From an uncultured Peptococcaceae bacterium (GTDB lineage Bacteria; Bacillota; Dehalobacteriia; UBA7702): a DNA stretch of 64,000 nt. The notes below the pieces were generated by a model. It ran no database searches, was not told the DNA's origin, and worked only from the letters and a program-made list of their open reading frames with translations. The translations under genes and the position numbers were made by a program. Below are positions 37,797-49,013 of the stretch, piece by piece. The stretch covers positions 64,406 to 128,405 of the forward strand of contig CAZWWH010000001.1 of assembly GCA_964637365.1 (NCBI GenBank), read 5' to 3'. Position 1 is the stretch's first letter, and every line of letters begins with the position of its first letter.

Positions 37797-39656
37797 TTAT
37801 TTTTTGTCGTCTTCATCAACCACAGTATAATCGGCATCTACCACGTTGTCGTCAGCACCGGAGGCTTGACCTTGATCGGCGCCGGCATTGCCACCAGCCG
37901 CCTGGGCCTGCTGCTGTTGCTGAGCCATTTCACCATAGACGCGTTCCGATACCTTATGAAGTACGCTGTACAAGGCATCCAATTTCGTTTTAATGGCGTC
38001 GGTATCGGTGCCTTCCAGGGCAGACTTCAGTTCGGATTTGGCTGCTTCCAAATCGTTCTTTTCACCGTCGGTGAGCTTATCTTCCATGTCCTTCATGGTA
38101 TTTTCCACCTGATAAACAGCGGCGTCTGCCTGGTTGCGAATTTCGATCTGCTCTTTCCGCTTACTGTCTTCTTCTTTGTATTTTTCCGCATCATCCACCA
38201 TGCGTTGGATGTCGTCGTCGCTGAGACCGCTGGAGGCGGTGATGGTGATGGACTGTTCCTTGCCGGTGCCAAGGTCTTTGGCGCTGACATGAACAATGCC
38301 GTTGGCATCGATGTCGAATTTTACTTCGATTTGAGGCACGCCACGGGGAGCCGGGGGAATATCATTGAGGTTAAAGCGGCCAAGGGTCTTATTGTCGACA
38401 GCCATGGGACGTTCCCCTTGAAGCACATGGATTTCCACGGCAGGCTGATTGTCAGCAGCAGTGGAGAACACTTGACTCTTAGATGTAGGAATGGTGGTGT
38501 TTCTTTCAATCAAAACAGTATTCACACCGCCCAAAGTTTCGATACCCAAGGACAAAGGAGTCACATCCAAAAGCAGTACGTCTTTTACTTCGCCGCCTAA
38601 AACGCCGCCTTGAATAGAAGCGCCCAAGGCAACGCATTCATCGGGATTGATACCTTTATGGGGTTCTTTGCCCAGAAGGTCCTTAATGGCTTCTTGAACA
38701 GCGGGAATACGAGAGGAACCGCCGACGAGAATAATTTTATCAATATCGGAAGCAGAGAGCCCCGCGTCAGCCATGGCTTTTTTGGTGGGAATCATAGTTT
38801 TTTCCACCAAATCCTTCGTGAGCTCGTCAAATTTCGCTCTGGTCAAAGTGATGTCCATATGTTTAGGACCGTCAGCAGTGGCAGTAATAAAGGGGAGGTT
38901 GATGTTGGCAGTCATCACGCCGGAAAGGTCAATTTTGGCTTTTTCCGCTGCTTCCTTCAAGCGCTGCATAGCCATTTTATCTTGGGAAAGATCAATGCCC
39001 TCAGCTTTCTTAAATTCAGCGACCAAATAGTCGATGATCTTCTGGTCAAAGTCATCGCCGCCAAGAAGGTTGTTGCCGTTGGTGGCTTTTACTTCAAATA
39101 CGCCGTCGCCCAATTCTAAAATGGAAACGTCGAAGGTACCGCCGCCAAGGTCAAATACGAGAACCGTATGGTCGTCGCCTTTATCAAGTCCATAGGATAA
39201 CGCAGCGGCAGTAGGTTCGTTAATGATACGAAGTACTTCCAAACCTGCAATGGTACCTGCGTCTTTGGTGGCCTGTCTTTGACTGTCTGTAAAGTAGGCG
39301 GGAACGGTGATGACCGCCTTGTCTACGGTAGTGCCCAAATAGGCTTCAGCATCGGATTTTAATTTCTGCAAAACCATAGCAGAAATTTCCTGAGGGGTAT
39401 AGGTTTTATCGTCAATATGAACTTTATAGTCCTGGCCCATATGGCGTTTGATGGACATGACGGTTTTGTCAGGGTTCGTGATGGCCTGACGTTTGGCCAC
39501 AGCCCCCACAAGGCGTTCGCCGGAATTAGAAAATGCAACCACAGAAGGGGTAGTTCTGCCGCCTTCAGCGTTGGGGATAATGACTGCTTCGCCGCCTTCC
39601 ATTACAGCGACGCAGGAATTTGTGGTACCTAAGTCAATACCGATGATCTTACTCAT
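37797..39656 (-). CDS. dnaK: Chaperone DnaK (Hsp70)
   Basis: [14 protein letters not shown].., Hsp70 signatures throughout. Confidence 0.97.
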   Translation of the reverse strand: MSKIIGIDLGTTNSCVAVMEGGEAVIIPNAEGGRTTPSVVAFSNSGERLVGAVAKRQAITNPDKTVMSIKRHMGQDYKVHIDDKTYTPQEISAMVLQKLKSDAEAYLGTTVDKAVITVPAYFTDSQRQATKDAGTIAGLEVLRIINEPTAAALSYGLDKGDDHTVLVFDLGGGTFDVSILELGDGVFEVKATNGNNLLGGDDFDQKIIDYLVAEFKKAEGIDLSQDKMAMQRLKEAAEKAKIDLSGVMTANINLPFITATADGPKHMDITLTRAKFDELTKDLVEKTMIPTKKAMADAGLSASDIDKIILVGGSSRIPAVQEAIKDLLGKEPHKGINPDECVALGASIQGGVLGGEVKDVLLLDVTPLSLGIETLGGVNTVLIERNTTIPTSKSQVFSTAADNQPAVEIHVLQGERPMAVDNKTLGRFNLNDIPPAPRGVPQIEVKFDIDANGIVHVSAKDLGTGKEQSITITASSGLSDDDIQRMVDDAEKYKEEDSKRKEQIEIRNQADAAVYQVENTMKDMEDKLTDGEKNDLEAAKSELKSALEGTDTDAIKTKLDALYSVLHKVSERVYGEMAQQQQQAQAAGGNAGADQGQASGADDNVVDADYTVVDEDDKK

Positions 39657-39706
39657 TACAAATTACCTCCAAAATAAGATATGTAAAAATTTAATTCATA
39701 GACATT

Positions 39707-40288
39707 TTATTTTGCGACTTTGACCATAGCGGGTCGCAACAATTTATCATGGAACATATAGCCGGGTTGGAGCACTTCGATGACAGTATTGGCAGCTGCT
39801 CCTTCTTTTTCTTCCTGCATAATGGCATCATGAACCTTGGGGTCAAATTCTTCCCCTTCAGCTCCAATGATGACAAGGCCATTATTTACCAGGATCTCCA
39901 GCATTTGCTTTTGTACCATGGTCACACCTTGTAATACGGGATCGTCTTTGCCATGCATCAAGGCCCGACCAAAATTATCCAATACTGGCAAAAGGTCCGT
40001 CAGCAGGCCGCTGGCGGCAGTAAGCCGCAGCTCGTCTTTTTCTTTCAATGTGCGGCGGCGGAAATTATCAAATTCCGCTTGATGGCGCTGGAGCGTTTCC
40101 GTTAATTCGTCTTTTTCTTTTTCTGCTTTTTCCAGCTGCTGCTTTAATTCTTCCAGTTCCGCGATAAGGCTTTCATTTTCCGCAGTTAAACATTCCTCCA
40201 TGGTCTGGGGTTCTGCTGCGGTTTCAGTTTCTTCCACTGAGGAGTTTTCAGTTTCTTGGACATTCATTTCAGTAGTTTCCGTTGTCAC
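39707..40288 (-). CDS. grpE: Nucleotide exchange factor GrpE
   Basis: Coiled-coil N-terminus plus GrpE C-domain. Confidence 0.9.
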   Translation of the reverse strand: MTTETTEMNVQETENSSVEETETAAEPQTMEECLTAENESLIAELEELKQQLEKAEKEKDELTETLQRHQAEFDNFRRRTLKEKDELRLTAASGLLTDLLPVLDNFGRALMHGKDDPVLQGVTMVQKQMLEILVNNGLVIIGAEGEEFDPKVHDAIMQEEKEGAAANTVIEVLQPGYMFHDKLLRPAMVKVAK

Positions 40289-41325
40289 TTCTTGCCTCCG
40301 TTTTGATTGATATTTTTCAGTACCGAGGACAAATGGCCCGCGACCTCTTGAATTAAGGAAGCGCTTCTGGCGTATTCCATCCGAGTGGGACCTAAAATTC
40401 CAATGGTACCGACGGTATTTCCGTTAATATGATAAGTACAAGTCACCATTGAGCACTGATTAATCTGGCCGTGAGACAGCTCTTCACCAATGGCAAAACT
40501 GGTCCCTTCCTTATTTCTTCCGTGAAGTAATTCCTTTAAAATATCCTCGTTGGTGAGGAAGGAAAGAATATCCTTCACTTTGTCGATATCGTGAAATTCC
40601 GGCTGGTTCAAAATATTCAAAGTACCATCCAAAAAGACTTTTTCCTCGCCGCTGGTTTTCACGGCGTCGGACATCATTTCCAAAATCCCATCAACAATGG
40701 ACATTTCTTTGGACAGCTCCATGGAAATTTCTTTCATCAAGGTGTTATTCACATCTTCAATATTACGTCCCTTGAGTTTTTTCAGAAGAACCTGGCTGAT
40801 TTCCTGCAAGCGGCTTTCGCTGACAGGGACGGGAAAATCAATGGTACGGTGATGCACCAACCCGACGTCTGTGACAATCACCAGCACCGCCTGGAAAGGA
40901 TTCAACGACAAAAGCTGCATTTTCTCCAAAGCGCCAGTGCTTTTAGCAGGCGTCATAATCATGGTGATATATTGGGAAAGATCCGATAGAACCTTGCAGG
41001 TATCGTTGAAGAGACGATCAAGACGGGGCAGCTGTTCACAAAAAAAGCTTTGAATGGCTTCCCGCTCGCCGGGAACGAGAGATCCTTCCCCCATGAGGAA
41101 ATCCACATAATAACGGTATCCCTGATGGGAAGGAATCCGACCGGCTGAGGTGTGAGGCTGTTCAATAAGCCCCATATCTTCTAAATCGGACATTTCATTA
41201 CGAATCGTGGCAGAGCTTACGCCAAGATCGTAATTTTTCGCAATGGTTCTGGAGCCCACCGGCTCCGCAGTGTTAATATAGTCGGTGATTATGGCTCGCA
41301 GGACCTTTTGTTTACGTTCGTCCAT
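40285..41325 (-). CDS. hrcA: Heat-inducible transcription repressor HrcA
   Basis: HrcA family; start MDERKQKVL preceded by AAAGGAGA, with CIRCE directly upstream. Confidence 0.9.
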   Translation of the reverse strand: MDERKQKVLRAIITDYINTAEPVGSRTIAKNYDLGVSSATIRNEMSDLEDMGLIEQPHTSAGRIPSHQGYRYYVDFLMGEGSLVPGEREAIQSFFCEQLPRLDRLFNDTCKVLSDLSQYITMIMTPAKSTGALEKMQLLSLNPFQAVLVIVTDVGLVHHRTIDFPVPVSESRLQEISQVLLKKLKGRNIEDVNNTLMKEISMELSKEMSIVDGILEMMSDAVKTSGEEKVFLDGTLNILNQPEFHDIDKVKDILSFLTNEDILKELLHGRNKEGTSFAIGEELSHGQINQCSMVTCTYHINGNTVGTIGILGPTRMEYARSASLIQEVAGHLSSVLKNINQNGGKK

Positions 41326-41341
41326 AGTACCATCTCCTTTG

Positions 41342-41368
41342 TTAGCACTCAACCTTCTTGAGTGCTAA
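41342..41368 (-). promoter_or_regulatory. CIRCE operator (TTAGCACTC-N9-GAGTGCTAA), the HrcA binding site
   Basis: Perfect consensus inverted repeat ttagcactcaaccttcttgagtgctaa between the promoter and the hrcA RBS. Confidence 0.9.
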
Positions 41369-41372
41369 AACA

Positions 41373-41401
41373 AGAATAACACTACAAGCAAAAATTGTCA
41401 A
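41373..41401 (-). promoter_or_regulatory. Sigma-A-type promoter of the hrcA-grpE-dnaK-dnaJ operon
   Basis: TTGACA-17 nt-TATTCT immediately upstream of CIRCE. Confidence 0.65.
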
Positions 41402-41415
41402 TAGGGCAAAAGCGG

Positions 41416-42543
41416 TTAAATTAGCAGGGAGGCCACTTCATTGTTTAGTAAAACACCTCGGTTTGTGAGCTTTAGCTGGCCTTTTTCCACTTTAATTAAC
41501 CCTGCGTTCAAAAGTTTGACCATTTGACCTTTTTTTTGTGTAAAAAAATTGTACCCATATTTTTCCTCAAACTGAACCATATTTAATCCCTCGGTCAAAC
41601 GAAGAGGCAGAAACAATTCTTCCTCCATGATTTCTCCGGGAGAAAGGACTTCCCGTTCCTCATAAGGATAGCTTCCCCGTTCTATAGCTTCTTTATAAGA
41701 AGTATGAGAAGCTACATTGCGGATTCGCACATTTTGCAACAGTGAAGAGGCGTTCAACCCCAAGCCAAGATAATCCTTTCGCCGCCAATAGGCCAGATTG
41801 TGGCGGCACACATGGCCATTCTTGGCAAAATTAGCGATTTCGTAACGGTGTAACCCGCATTCTTCCAAAAATTTCATGGAGTAAAGCTGCATATCCCCGT
41901 TCAAATCATCATCGGGCAGTATCAGCGCACCTCGGTCAAACAGCTTTCCCCAGGGAGAACAGTCAGATAGCTTCAAACCATAAGCGGAAAGATGAGTAAT
42001 GGGCAAGGCTACCGCCTCCCGTAAGCTCTCTTGCCATTCTGCCATGGTTTGCCGAGGCAGTCCGTAAATCAAATCAATACTAATATTGGAAAAGCCCCCT
42101 TGGATAGCGGCTTCCACCGCCTTTCCAATCTCCTTAGCCGTATGGCGGCGGCCCATGGACTGAAGAAGATGATCTTGAAAGGCCTGGGCCCCAAAAGAAA
42201 CTCGCTTGATCCCCAAAGCAAAAAGCTCTTTTAAATAGTAGGCGTCAACGCTCTCGGGGTTTGCCTCTACGGTAATTTCCATATCTTGGCCGAAACCAAA
42301 AACGTCACGAAAATGTTCCAATAAAAAAGAAAAATTCTCAGGACTTAGCAACGATGGCGTACCGCCGCCAAAAAATATGGTTTGCAGGCCTTGACAAGGC
42401 GCTAAATCACGATACAGCTCTCCTTCGTTTGCCAGCAACGCCAAATAAGCCTCCCGCTGAGTGCGAGAGGCTTTGGCTGAGACAAAATCACAGTAATTGC
42501 ATTTTTCCCTACAAAAAGGGATATGGACATAAAGAGTTTCCAT
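41416..42543 (-). CDS. hemW: Radical SAM heme chaperone HemW (HemN-like)
   Basis: CxxxCxYC radical SAM motif (CREKCNYCDF), HemN C-domain. Confidence 0.85.
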   Translation of the reverse strand: METLYVHIPFCREKCNYCDFVSAKASRTQREAYLALLANEGELYRDLAPCQGLQTIFFGGGTPSLLSPENFSFLLEHFRDVFGFGQDMEITVEANPESVDAYYLKELFALGIKRVSFGAQAFQDHLLQSMGRRHTAKEIGKAVEAAIQGGFSNISIDLIYGLPRQTMAEWQESLREAVALPITHLSAYGLKLSDCSPWGKLFDRGALILPDDDLNGDMQLYSMKFLEECGLHRYEIANFAKNGHVCRHNLAYWRRKDYLGLGLNASSLLQNVRIRNVASHTSYKEAIERGSYPYEEREVLSPGEIMEEELFLPLRLTEGLNMVQFEEKYGYNFFTQKKGQMVKLLNAGLIKVEKGQLKLTNRGVLLNNEVASLLI

Positions 42544-44348
42544 CAGTCGTCCAGCTTTAACACAGCCATGAAGGCTTCCTGAGGAATTTCTACATTCCCC
42601 ATTTGCTTCATGCGCTTTTTCCCTTCCTTTTGTTTTTCCAAAAGTTTTCGTTTACGGCTGATATCACCACCGTAACACTTTTCAATCACGTTTTTCCGCA
42701 GCGCTTTTACAGATTCTCTGGCAATCACTTTATTGCCGACAGCAGCCTGGATGGTTACCTCAAACAGCTGGCGGGGAATGAGTTTCCGCAACTTTTCCGT
42801 AAGCTGACGACCGCGGTGATAGGCGTTGTCCTTGTGAACGATGGCAGAAAGAGCATCCACCACATCGCCGTTGACGAGAATGTCCAGCTTTACCAGATTT
42901 GACGCCTTATATCCCGCCAATTCATAGTCCAGGGAGGCGTAGCCTCTGGTTCTGGATTTCAGCTGGTCGAAAAAGTCAAAAATCACTTCGGACAGCGGCA
43001 CCTCATAAGTAAGCATCACACGGGTAGTGGATATATACTCCATATTTTTAAAGATACCTCGGCGGTCCTGAATCATTTCCATAATAGCTCCGATGTAATC
43101 CTTGGGCGACATGATAGTGGCCTTGACATAGGGCTCTTCCATGTGCTCGATTTTCTGCACCTCCGGCATGGCGCTGGGATTATCCACATGCTGGATACTG
43201 CCGTCAATGCCGTAAACAATATAATCTACGCTGGGCGCCGTAGTCAGTAAATCAAGACCGTATTCCCGCTCCAGGCGTTCCTGGATAATTTCCATATGGA
43301 GAAGCCCTAGGAAACCACAGCGAAAGCCGAACCCCAAGGCAGCCGAAGTTTCCGGTTCGTAAACCAGAGCGGCGTCATTGAGGGCCAATTTTTCCAAAGC
43401 GTCTTTTAAATTATCGTAATCATTATTTTCAATGGGATAAATGCCGCAGTACACCATGGGCATGGCTTGACGATAGCCGGGCAACGGATTCAGAGACGGA
43501 TGCTCTGCGTCAGTAACAGTATCCCCCACCTGAGTATCCTTGACGTGCTTGATACTGGCTGCTAAATAACCGACATCACCGGCTTGGAGCTTGTCCACGA
43601 TTTTCAACGCCGGTGTAAACACTCCCACCTCGGTAATATCAAAAACCTTATTGGTTCCCATCATAAGCACTTTGGAACCCTTGGAAACTGCGCCGTTCAT
43701 GATGCGGACATAGGGGATTGCCCCTTTGTAGGCATCGAAATGAGAATCGAAAATGAGAGCCTGTAAATCAGCGTCACGGTCGCCTTTCGGCGGCGGAATC
43801 AGGTTCACGATGGCTTCCAGCACTTCGTCAACGCCCTGGCCCGTTTTGGCGGAAACAAGGATCGCTTCAGAAGCGTCAATTCCCAAAACATCCTCAATCT
43901 GTTCCTTAACGGCGTCAGGGTCGGCGCTGGGCAGGTCGATTTTGTTGATAACAGGAATCAGCTCCAAATCATTTTCCACCGCCAAATAAGCGTTGGCCAG
44001 GGTTTGAGCTTCGATGCCTTGCACGGCGTCGACTACCAGCAAAGCTCCTTCACAAGCAGCGAGGCTTCGGGAGACCTCATAGGTAAAGTCAACGTGTCCC
44101 GGAGTGTCAATGAGATTCAGGGTATATTCCACCCCGTCTTTGGCTTTGTAATTTAGACGAACAGCCTGTAATTTAATGGTAATGCCCCGTTCCCGTTCTA
44201 ATTCCATTTGGTCGAGGATTTGGGCTTCCATATCACGGTGGGCAATGGCCCCGGTCATTTCCAAAATGCGGTCAGCCAAAGTACTTTTTCCATGGTCAAT
44301 ATGGGCGATAATACAAAAATTTCTTGTGGTTTTCAACTCAGTGGTCAA
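42543..44348 (-). CDS. lepA: Elongation factor 4 (LepA)
   Basis: GTPase motifs [18 protein letters not shown]; LepA C-terminal domain. Confidence 0.95.
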   Translation of the reverse strand: MTTELKTTRNFCIIAHIDHGKSTLADRILEMTGAIAHRDMEAQILDQMELERERGITIKLQAVRLNYKAKDGVEYTLNLIDTPGHVDFTYEVSRSLAACEGALLVVDAVQGIEAQTLANAYLAVENDLELIPVINKIDLPSADPDAVKEQIEDVLGIDASEAILVSAKTGQGVDEVLEAIVNLIPPPKGDRDADLQALIFDSHFDAYKGAIPYVRIMNGAVSKGSKVLMMGTNKVFDITEVGVFTPALKIVDKLQAGDVGYLAASIKHVKDTQVGDTVTDAEHPSLNPLPGYRQAMPMVYCGIYPIENNDYDNLKDALEKLALNDAALVYEPETSAALGFGFRCGFLGLLHMEIIQERLEREYGLDLLTTAPSVDYIVYGIDGSIQHVDNPSAMPEVQKIEHMEEPYVKATIMSPKDYIGAIMEMIQDRRGIFKNMEYISTTRVMLTYEVPLSEVIFDFFDQLKSRTRGYASLDYELAGYKASNLVKLDILVNGDVVDALSAIVHKDNAYHRGRQLTEKLRKLIPRQLFEVTIQAAVGNKVIARESVKALRKNVIEKCYGGDISRKRKLLEKQKEGKKRMKQMGNVEIPQEAFMAVLKLDD

Positions 44349-44369
44349 ATGGATCTACCTCTCTATCTG

Positions 44370-45974
44370 TTAACCGCGGCGAAAGCGGCGTTTCATCATA
44401 CCAAATACAGTGTCAGCCTCAGGCATTTTCATCATCTTAGCTACCACCAGGAACACCACCACCGAAAGGATACCGGCAGCGAACAACTGTACCGCCTGGG
44501 TTCCCTTGTTGGCAATGCCGAAAATAGCTTCACATCCCCAAGCGATGAGCCAAGCAGCCACACCCATGATGGCAGAAGCAAACAGTGTCTGTAGTGACGA
44601 TTTCAAAATGGAGCCGATATTGATATGCCCCAAGCGACGGCGCAATGCCCACATCAGCAGGAATAAGTTGACAATACCGCCAATGGAATAGGCCAAAGCC
44701 AAACCGCCGTGTTTGAGGGGGCCAATCAAAAGGATACTTAAAATAACATTTACTACGATGCCCAAAACCGCCATCAGTACGGGGGTTTTCGTGTCCTGAA
44801 AAGCATAAAAGGCACGGCTGGATAAATGAATGCCCCCTTGGGCGAATATGCCAAAGGAAAACAGCACCAGGGCATAAGCTGTGTTACTCGTATTTTCAGC
44901 AGTAAATTTTCCCGTTTCAAAAAGCAAACGGATGAAGGGTTCCCCCAGCACCGCCAATAAAACAGAGCAAGGAATACAAATAAAAAAGATAGTTTGAAGA
45001 CCATGACTATAATCCTTGCGAAAATCATCGATGCGATCTGTGGCAGCTTCCCGGGTAAGCACGGGAAATAGCGTCATGGCAATGGAAATGGCAAAAATAG
45101 AAATGGGCAGCTGCATAAAGCGGGAAGCCATTTTCCAAGCGGACAAAAGCCCTTCAGACAAGCCCGAAGCGAGATATTGATTCACGAACAGGCTCAGTTC
45201 ATTGGCGGAAAGGCCGATAAGTACCGGTACCATCAGACCCAGCATTTTACTAAAATCGGGATTTCTCACATCAAGTGAAGGTGTATAGCGAATCCCCACG
45301 CTTTTCAAAGAAACAGCCTGAATCAGGAAATTGCCGAAAGCCCCCATCACAACACCAATGGAGAAAGCTGCAATGCCATAACCGGGGAAGTATTTTTCCA
45401 CAAGGCCGCTGAAGCAACCGCCAATGATAATGGTACCGAGGTTATAGATAACACCGCCGTAAGCCGTAGGGCCAAAAATTTTATAGGACTGCAAAATGCC
45501 AGAGCAAATCCCCGCCAAAGCCATAAAGACTACCTGCATCAGCATGATTCTGGTAAGTTTTACTGCCAGATCCATGGTAACAGCGTCAAAGTTTTTTACA
45601 ATCAAGCCCAGAAGCTGGGGCGTAAAGATAAAGGCAGCCCCCAACAAAAGGAGCATCCCAACGCATACGGCGTTCAAAGTGATGCTGGCAATTTTCCAGG
45701 CCTCGTCCTCTTTTCCTTTGGCAATGTAAGAAGAAAATGTCGGTACAAAGGCAGCGCTGAACGCTCCGCCCACCAAAATCATATAGATAAAATCAGGGAT
45801 ACTGAAGGCAGCATTATAAGCGTCGGTATAATAGCTTTGTCCGAACTGATTAGAAATAATCATGTCCCGCACAAAGCCCAGGATACGGGAAATCACCATG
45901 GAAAGCATGATCATCATGGCGGATACCGCTGTTGATTTTACCAGTTTATTCTCTTTTTCAAGTTGTTCTGCCAT
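44370..45974 (-). CDS. murJ: Lipid II flippase MurJ (MviN family)
   Basis: 14-TM MOP superfamily protein with a MurJ N-terminus (..SRILGFVRDMIIS..); start ambiguous between 45986 and 45974. Confidence 0.8.
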   Translation of the reverse strand: MAEQLEKENKLVKSTAVSAMMIMLSMVISRILGFVRDMIISNQFGQSYYTDAYNAAFSIPDFIYMILVGGAFSAAFVPTFSSYIAKGKEDEAWKIASITLNAVCVGMLLLLGAAFIFTPQLLGLIVKNFDAVTMDLAVKLTRIMLMQVVFMALAGICSGILQSYKIFGPTAYGGVIYNLGTIIIGGCFSGLVEKYFPGYGIAAFSIGVVMGAFGNFLIQAVSLKSVGIRYTPSLDVRNPDFSKMLGLMVPVLIGLSANELSLFVNQYLASGLSEGLLSAWKMASRFMQLPISIFAISIAMTLFPVLTREAATDRIDDFRKDYSHGLQTIFFICIPCSVLLAVLGEPFIRLLFETGKFTAENTSNTAYALVLFSFGIFAQGGIHLSSRAFYAFQDTKTPVLMAVLGIVVNVILSILLIGPLKHGGLALAYSIGGIVNLFLLMWALRRRLGHINIGSILKSSLQTLFASAIMGVAAWLIAWGCEAIFGIANKGTQAVQLFAAGILSVVVFLVVAKMMKMPEADTVFGMMKRRFRRG

Positions 45975-46093
45975 TGGTTGATCCATCCTAAAAATAGTCT
46001 ATCGTATAGTATACTACAAAATATGGATGGTTTCAAAGAATTTTTTGTATTTCTATGACTGGTTATGTAATTTTCACGTTATTTTACAGTTAC

Positions 46094-47068
46094 TTATGAA
46101 GATTGGGACTGCAAATACTGGGCAATGCCCTGGGCGGCCACTTCCACGGCACGTTGAACCTCCTCATAAGAATTCAAATCCGTCCCAACTTCCAACAGAA
46201 CCGCGTTTTTGGTTAAATGCTGATTATAACGGCCCTTCTGGACACGCACTCCCCGAAGAATATCATCATTTACTGCGGAAATCGCATCCCCCAGGGCTTC
46301 CGCTGTTTTTTTATTTTCCTCCCAGTTCGGATGTTCCATGGTCATATTGCTGCCCACTACCAATAATAGTGAAGCGGTCTTGCCTTTTTCCGTAGAAATG
46401 GTACAATCATCTTTGGTCATACCGGAATCACGATGAAAGTCGATCAATAATTGGGCGTCGGGATAATCCTCCATCATAGCGGCGGCAGTGCGGCGGGAAT
46501 TGGCGTAACTCTTATACCATTCCGGACTGTCATGTACCGTTTCGCTAACCACAGCAGTAATACCGTATTGTTCTCGCAGCACCTCCCGCAGATAGGCGGC
46601 GCCATCCAGCACTGTTGTGCCATCGGAATATTGTTCCGATGTATGGGTACAGTAAATTAAAACACGCACTGTTTCATCAACTTCTACCCCAGGTTGTCCT
46701 GCCAAATCCGAGGTAGTGGTGGAAATCGTTTGGTCCGCGGAAATCTCACGGCGTACCAAAACGGGTACGCCGGCAGCGCCCTCTTCTCTTTGGTCATAAT
46801 CAATGCTCCAGTCCACCAATACAGAATCGTATTCATTTTCCGCCAATACTGGGAACAGTTCTTTTGCGCCGTTGAGTGAGAGAAAATCACCGCCGAAAAA
46901 AAACATGGAACGGGCAGCCATCTCAGGAGGAATCTGACGCTTCGGAAATCCGATGCCCCATATGAAACCAGTAATTGCCACGGCAAGGGCGCAGAGGCTT
47001 CCAATGAAAAACGTTTTTCTTTTTCGATATCGTTTTCTCCGCGCCCGGCGGTAATAGAATGAAGTCAT
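46094..47068 (-). CDS. spoIIP: Stage II sporulation protein P (SpoIIP)
   Basis: Basic N-terminus plus TM, SpoIIP motif ..VLIYCTHTSEQY.., position between lepA/murJ and rpsT as in Bacilli. Confidence 0.75.
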   Translation of the reverse strand: MTSFYYRRARRKRYRKRKTFFIGSLCALAVAITGFIWGIGFPKRQIPPEMAARSMFFFGGDFLSLNGAKELFPVLAENEYDSVLVDWSIDYDQREEGAAGVPVLVRREISADQTISTTTSDLAGQPGVEVDETVRVLIYCTHTSEQYSDGTTVLDGAAYLREVLREQYGITAVVSETVHDSPEWYKSYANSRRTAAAMMEDYPDAQLLIDFHRDSGMTKDDCTISTEKGKTASLLLVVGSNMTMEHPNWEENKKTAEALGDAISAVNDDILRGVRVQKGRYNQHLTKNAVLLEVGTDLNSYEEVQRAVEVAAQGIAQYLQSQSS

Positions 47069-47085
47069 ATCCTTTCCTCCTTAAT

Positions 47086-47105
47086 GAGAATCATATGCGA
47101 TTCTC
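47086..47105. promoter_or_regulatory. 7 bp inverted repeat (gagaatc-N6-gattctc) just upstream of the spoIIP RBS; candidate operator
   Basis: gagaatcatatgcgattctc palindrome at -30 to -11 relative to the spoIIP start. Confidence 0.35.
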
Positions 47106-47135
47106 AAAGAAAAAATAACTTTTCTCAATTACCTC

Positions 47136-47164
47136 TTGCCTTTTTGGAAGAAGTATGTTATAGT
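47136..47164 (+). promoter_or_regulatory. Sigma-A promoter of rpsT
   Basis: TTGCCT-17 nt-TATAGT about 55 nt upstream of the rpsT start. Confidence 0.6.
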
Positions 47165-47218
47165 ATTTTGGTGCAATGATGTGTAAATCATTGAGTCACG
47201 GTATGAGGAGGTGAAAAA

Positions 47219-47482
47219 ATGCCCAATATTAAATCTGCAGCAAAAAGAGTGAAAGTCGCCGAGGTTCGCAGAATGCGTAACATGGCTGCGAAATCCAGAA
47301 TTAAGACTGCAACCAAAAAATATAAAGCAGCAGTGGAAGCCGGTAACAAAGAACAAGCTCAGCCCTTGTTGAAAGATCTCATCAGCCTCCTTGACAAAGC
47401 TGCCGGTAAAAAGCTGATCCATAAAAATGCAGCTGCGAGAAAGAAATCCAAACTGCAAAAAGCCTTTAACGCTATGGCGTAA
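47219..47482 (+). CDS. rpsT: 30S ribosomal protein S20
   Basis: MPNIKSAAKRVKVAEVRR... Confidence 0.95.
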   Translation: MPNIKSAAKRVKVAEVRRMRNMAAKSRIKTATKKYKAAVEAGNKEQAQPLLKDLISLLDKAAGKKLIHKNAAARKKSKLQKAFNAMA

Positions 47483-47487
47483 TCAAG

Positions 47488-47512
47488 AGCACCCGTACGG
47501 GTGCTTTTTTAT
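47488..47512 (+). terminator. Intrinsic terminator of rpsT
   Basis: agcacccgtacgggtgct hairpin plus TTTTTT. Confidence 0.85.
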
Positions 47513-47640
47513 TGGCAGCAATTAGCGTCTCATCCCGTAAAATTTCGACAATCATTGACTTCCCCTGGAAAGCTCAATATACTTATTGAAAATGGTATAA
47601 TTTTGGCTCTAGTATTTTATACTTAAAAGGGGTGATATTT

Positions 47641-48999
47641 ATGAGATGTAAACACTGCGGTGAAGAAATTTCACCGGATGAGATTATTTGCCCTCACTGC
47701 GGTGAGGTATCCATAACGACTAAAAAAGAGCGGGCTTACGAAATAGACAGCATATTCCAAGACGTACCCGTCCAAAAACAAAAAGAGCAGCAAAACAAAA
47801 GCAAAGGAATAAAACGATCCTCAAAGCCCCTTTTTATAAAAAGCCTTTTTTCGTTAAAAAAAGGCACTATCAAAAAGACGGAACCAGGCAAACGGCAACA
47901 GGATGATGAAATGCGGGATATCACCAGATTGTTGGTAATAATCGAAGCGGTAATCATTTGCATACTAGTAGTGGCTCTCATCGTAATGATGACATTGATT
48001 TTCAATTACCGTTCCAGCGGCAATGATACGACAACCTCTTCCTATGGAGCTGACATTTACTATGTAACCAACGCCGGAGATGGAGCCTCTCTGCTGAAAA
48101 AAGCCGAGTCGGACAGCGATTCGAAAACCCAGCTTTTCCCCGGCAACGCCGTGGAGCTCATGGAAAAAACAACGGAAGACTACTGGAAAGTCATGGATTA
48201 TGAAAGCGGTGAAACTGGATATATCTCCACAAAACAGTTGACCGATACAGCCGACAAAGTCAAAGAAGGAAATTTAACCACAGATCGCTCCGTAAAATTC
48301 GTGGTTTTTGTTACCAATACCGTGGACGGCTTGGAAATCCGTGAGAAGCTAGGTTTTGACGGAACAATGACCGTAGCCACTGCGGGAAATGGTTATGCTT
48401 TGGGGGTCGTGGAGCAGACCAACAATACTTTCTGGCGTGTTTATGATTATCATAGTCAAACCACAGGCTACGCAGAACGTGCCTACCTCACAAAATCTTA
48501 CGGCGATGTATGCTCTGGCGCTACGGAGTCCATCGGCACAGCCACCATAAAAGCCGAAGATAAATTCGTTTCTTTATACACACACCCCACCAATGATGAA
48601 GACTTTATCACCGGCCGAATCCGTAACAACAGCGAAGTGAATATTATTGAAAAAACAAATAAAAAATTCTGGTTGATCTACGACGATACCAGCAATCAAT
48701 TTGCATATGTGGACCGCAAGTTCGTCGAAGGGGCTGACGACACCGAGATTGATGAATCCGCTGGCAGTGACAAGGATGTTCCCGAAGCCACTGACGCAAA
48801 TACTTATTATGTAGCGGGAACCGATGAATTGTCCTTAAGGTCCACACCGGAAAAATCCGAGGAAAACGAAATCGTCGCACTGTATTACGATGAAACTGTT
48901 GTTCTCATCGACAAAACCAATGACGACTTCTGGGAAGTCTATTCTCCCAAACACGATATGCGAGGATATGTCAACCGCTACTGCCTCGCCCAATATTAA
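47641..48999 (+). CDS. Zinc-ribbon / TM / four bacterial SH3-like repeat protein
   Basis: N-terminal CxxC..CxxC, Lys-rich linker, one TM, four W..YD..G(Y)..R repeats (SH3b-like); start MRCKHCG preceded by AAAGGGG. Confidence 0.6.
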   Translation: MRCKHCGEEISPDEIICPHCGEVSITTKKERAYEIDSIFQDVPVQKQKEQQNKSKGIKRSSKPLFIKSLFSLKKGTIKKTEPGKRQQDDEMRDITRLLVIIEAVIICILVVALIVMMTLIFNYRSSGNDTTTSSYGADIYYVTNAGDGASLLKKAESDSDSKTQLFPGNAVELMEKTTEDYWKVMDYESGETGYISTKQLTDTADKVKEGNLTTDRSVKFVVFVTNTVDGLEIREKLGFDGTMTVATAGNGYALGVVEQTNNTFWRVYDYHSQTTGYAERAYLTKSYGDVCSGATESIGTATIKAEDKFVSLYTHPTNDEDFITGRIRNNSEVNIIEKTNKKFWLIYDDTSNQFAYVDRKFVEGADDTEIDESAGSDKDVPEATDANTYYVAGTDELSLRSTPEKSEENEIVALYYDETVVLIDKTNDDFWEVYSPKHDMRGYVNRYCLAQY

Positions 49000-49013
49000 T
49001 TAAACGCCAACAG

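Noticed and set aside
37866-38600. 244 aa + ORF inside dnaK, and the 3328-3855 (+, 175 aa) ORF inside the SPFH gene
   Set aside because: Antisense to unambiguous genes; no RBS; compositionally odd.
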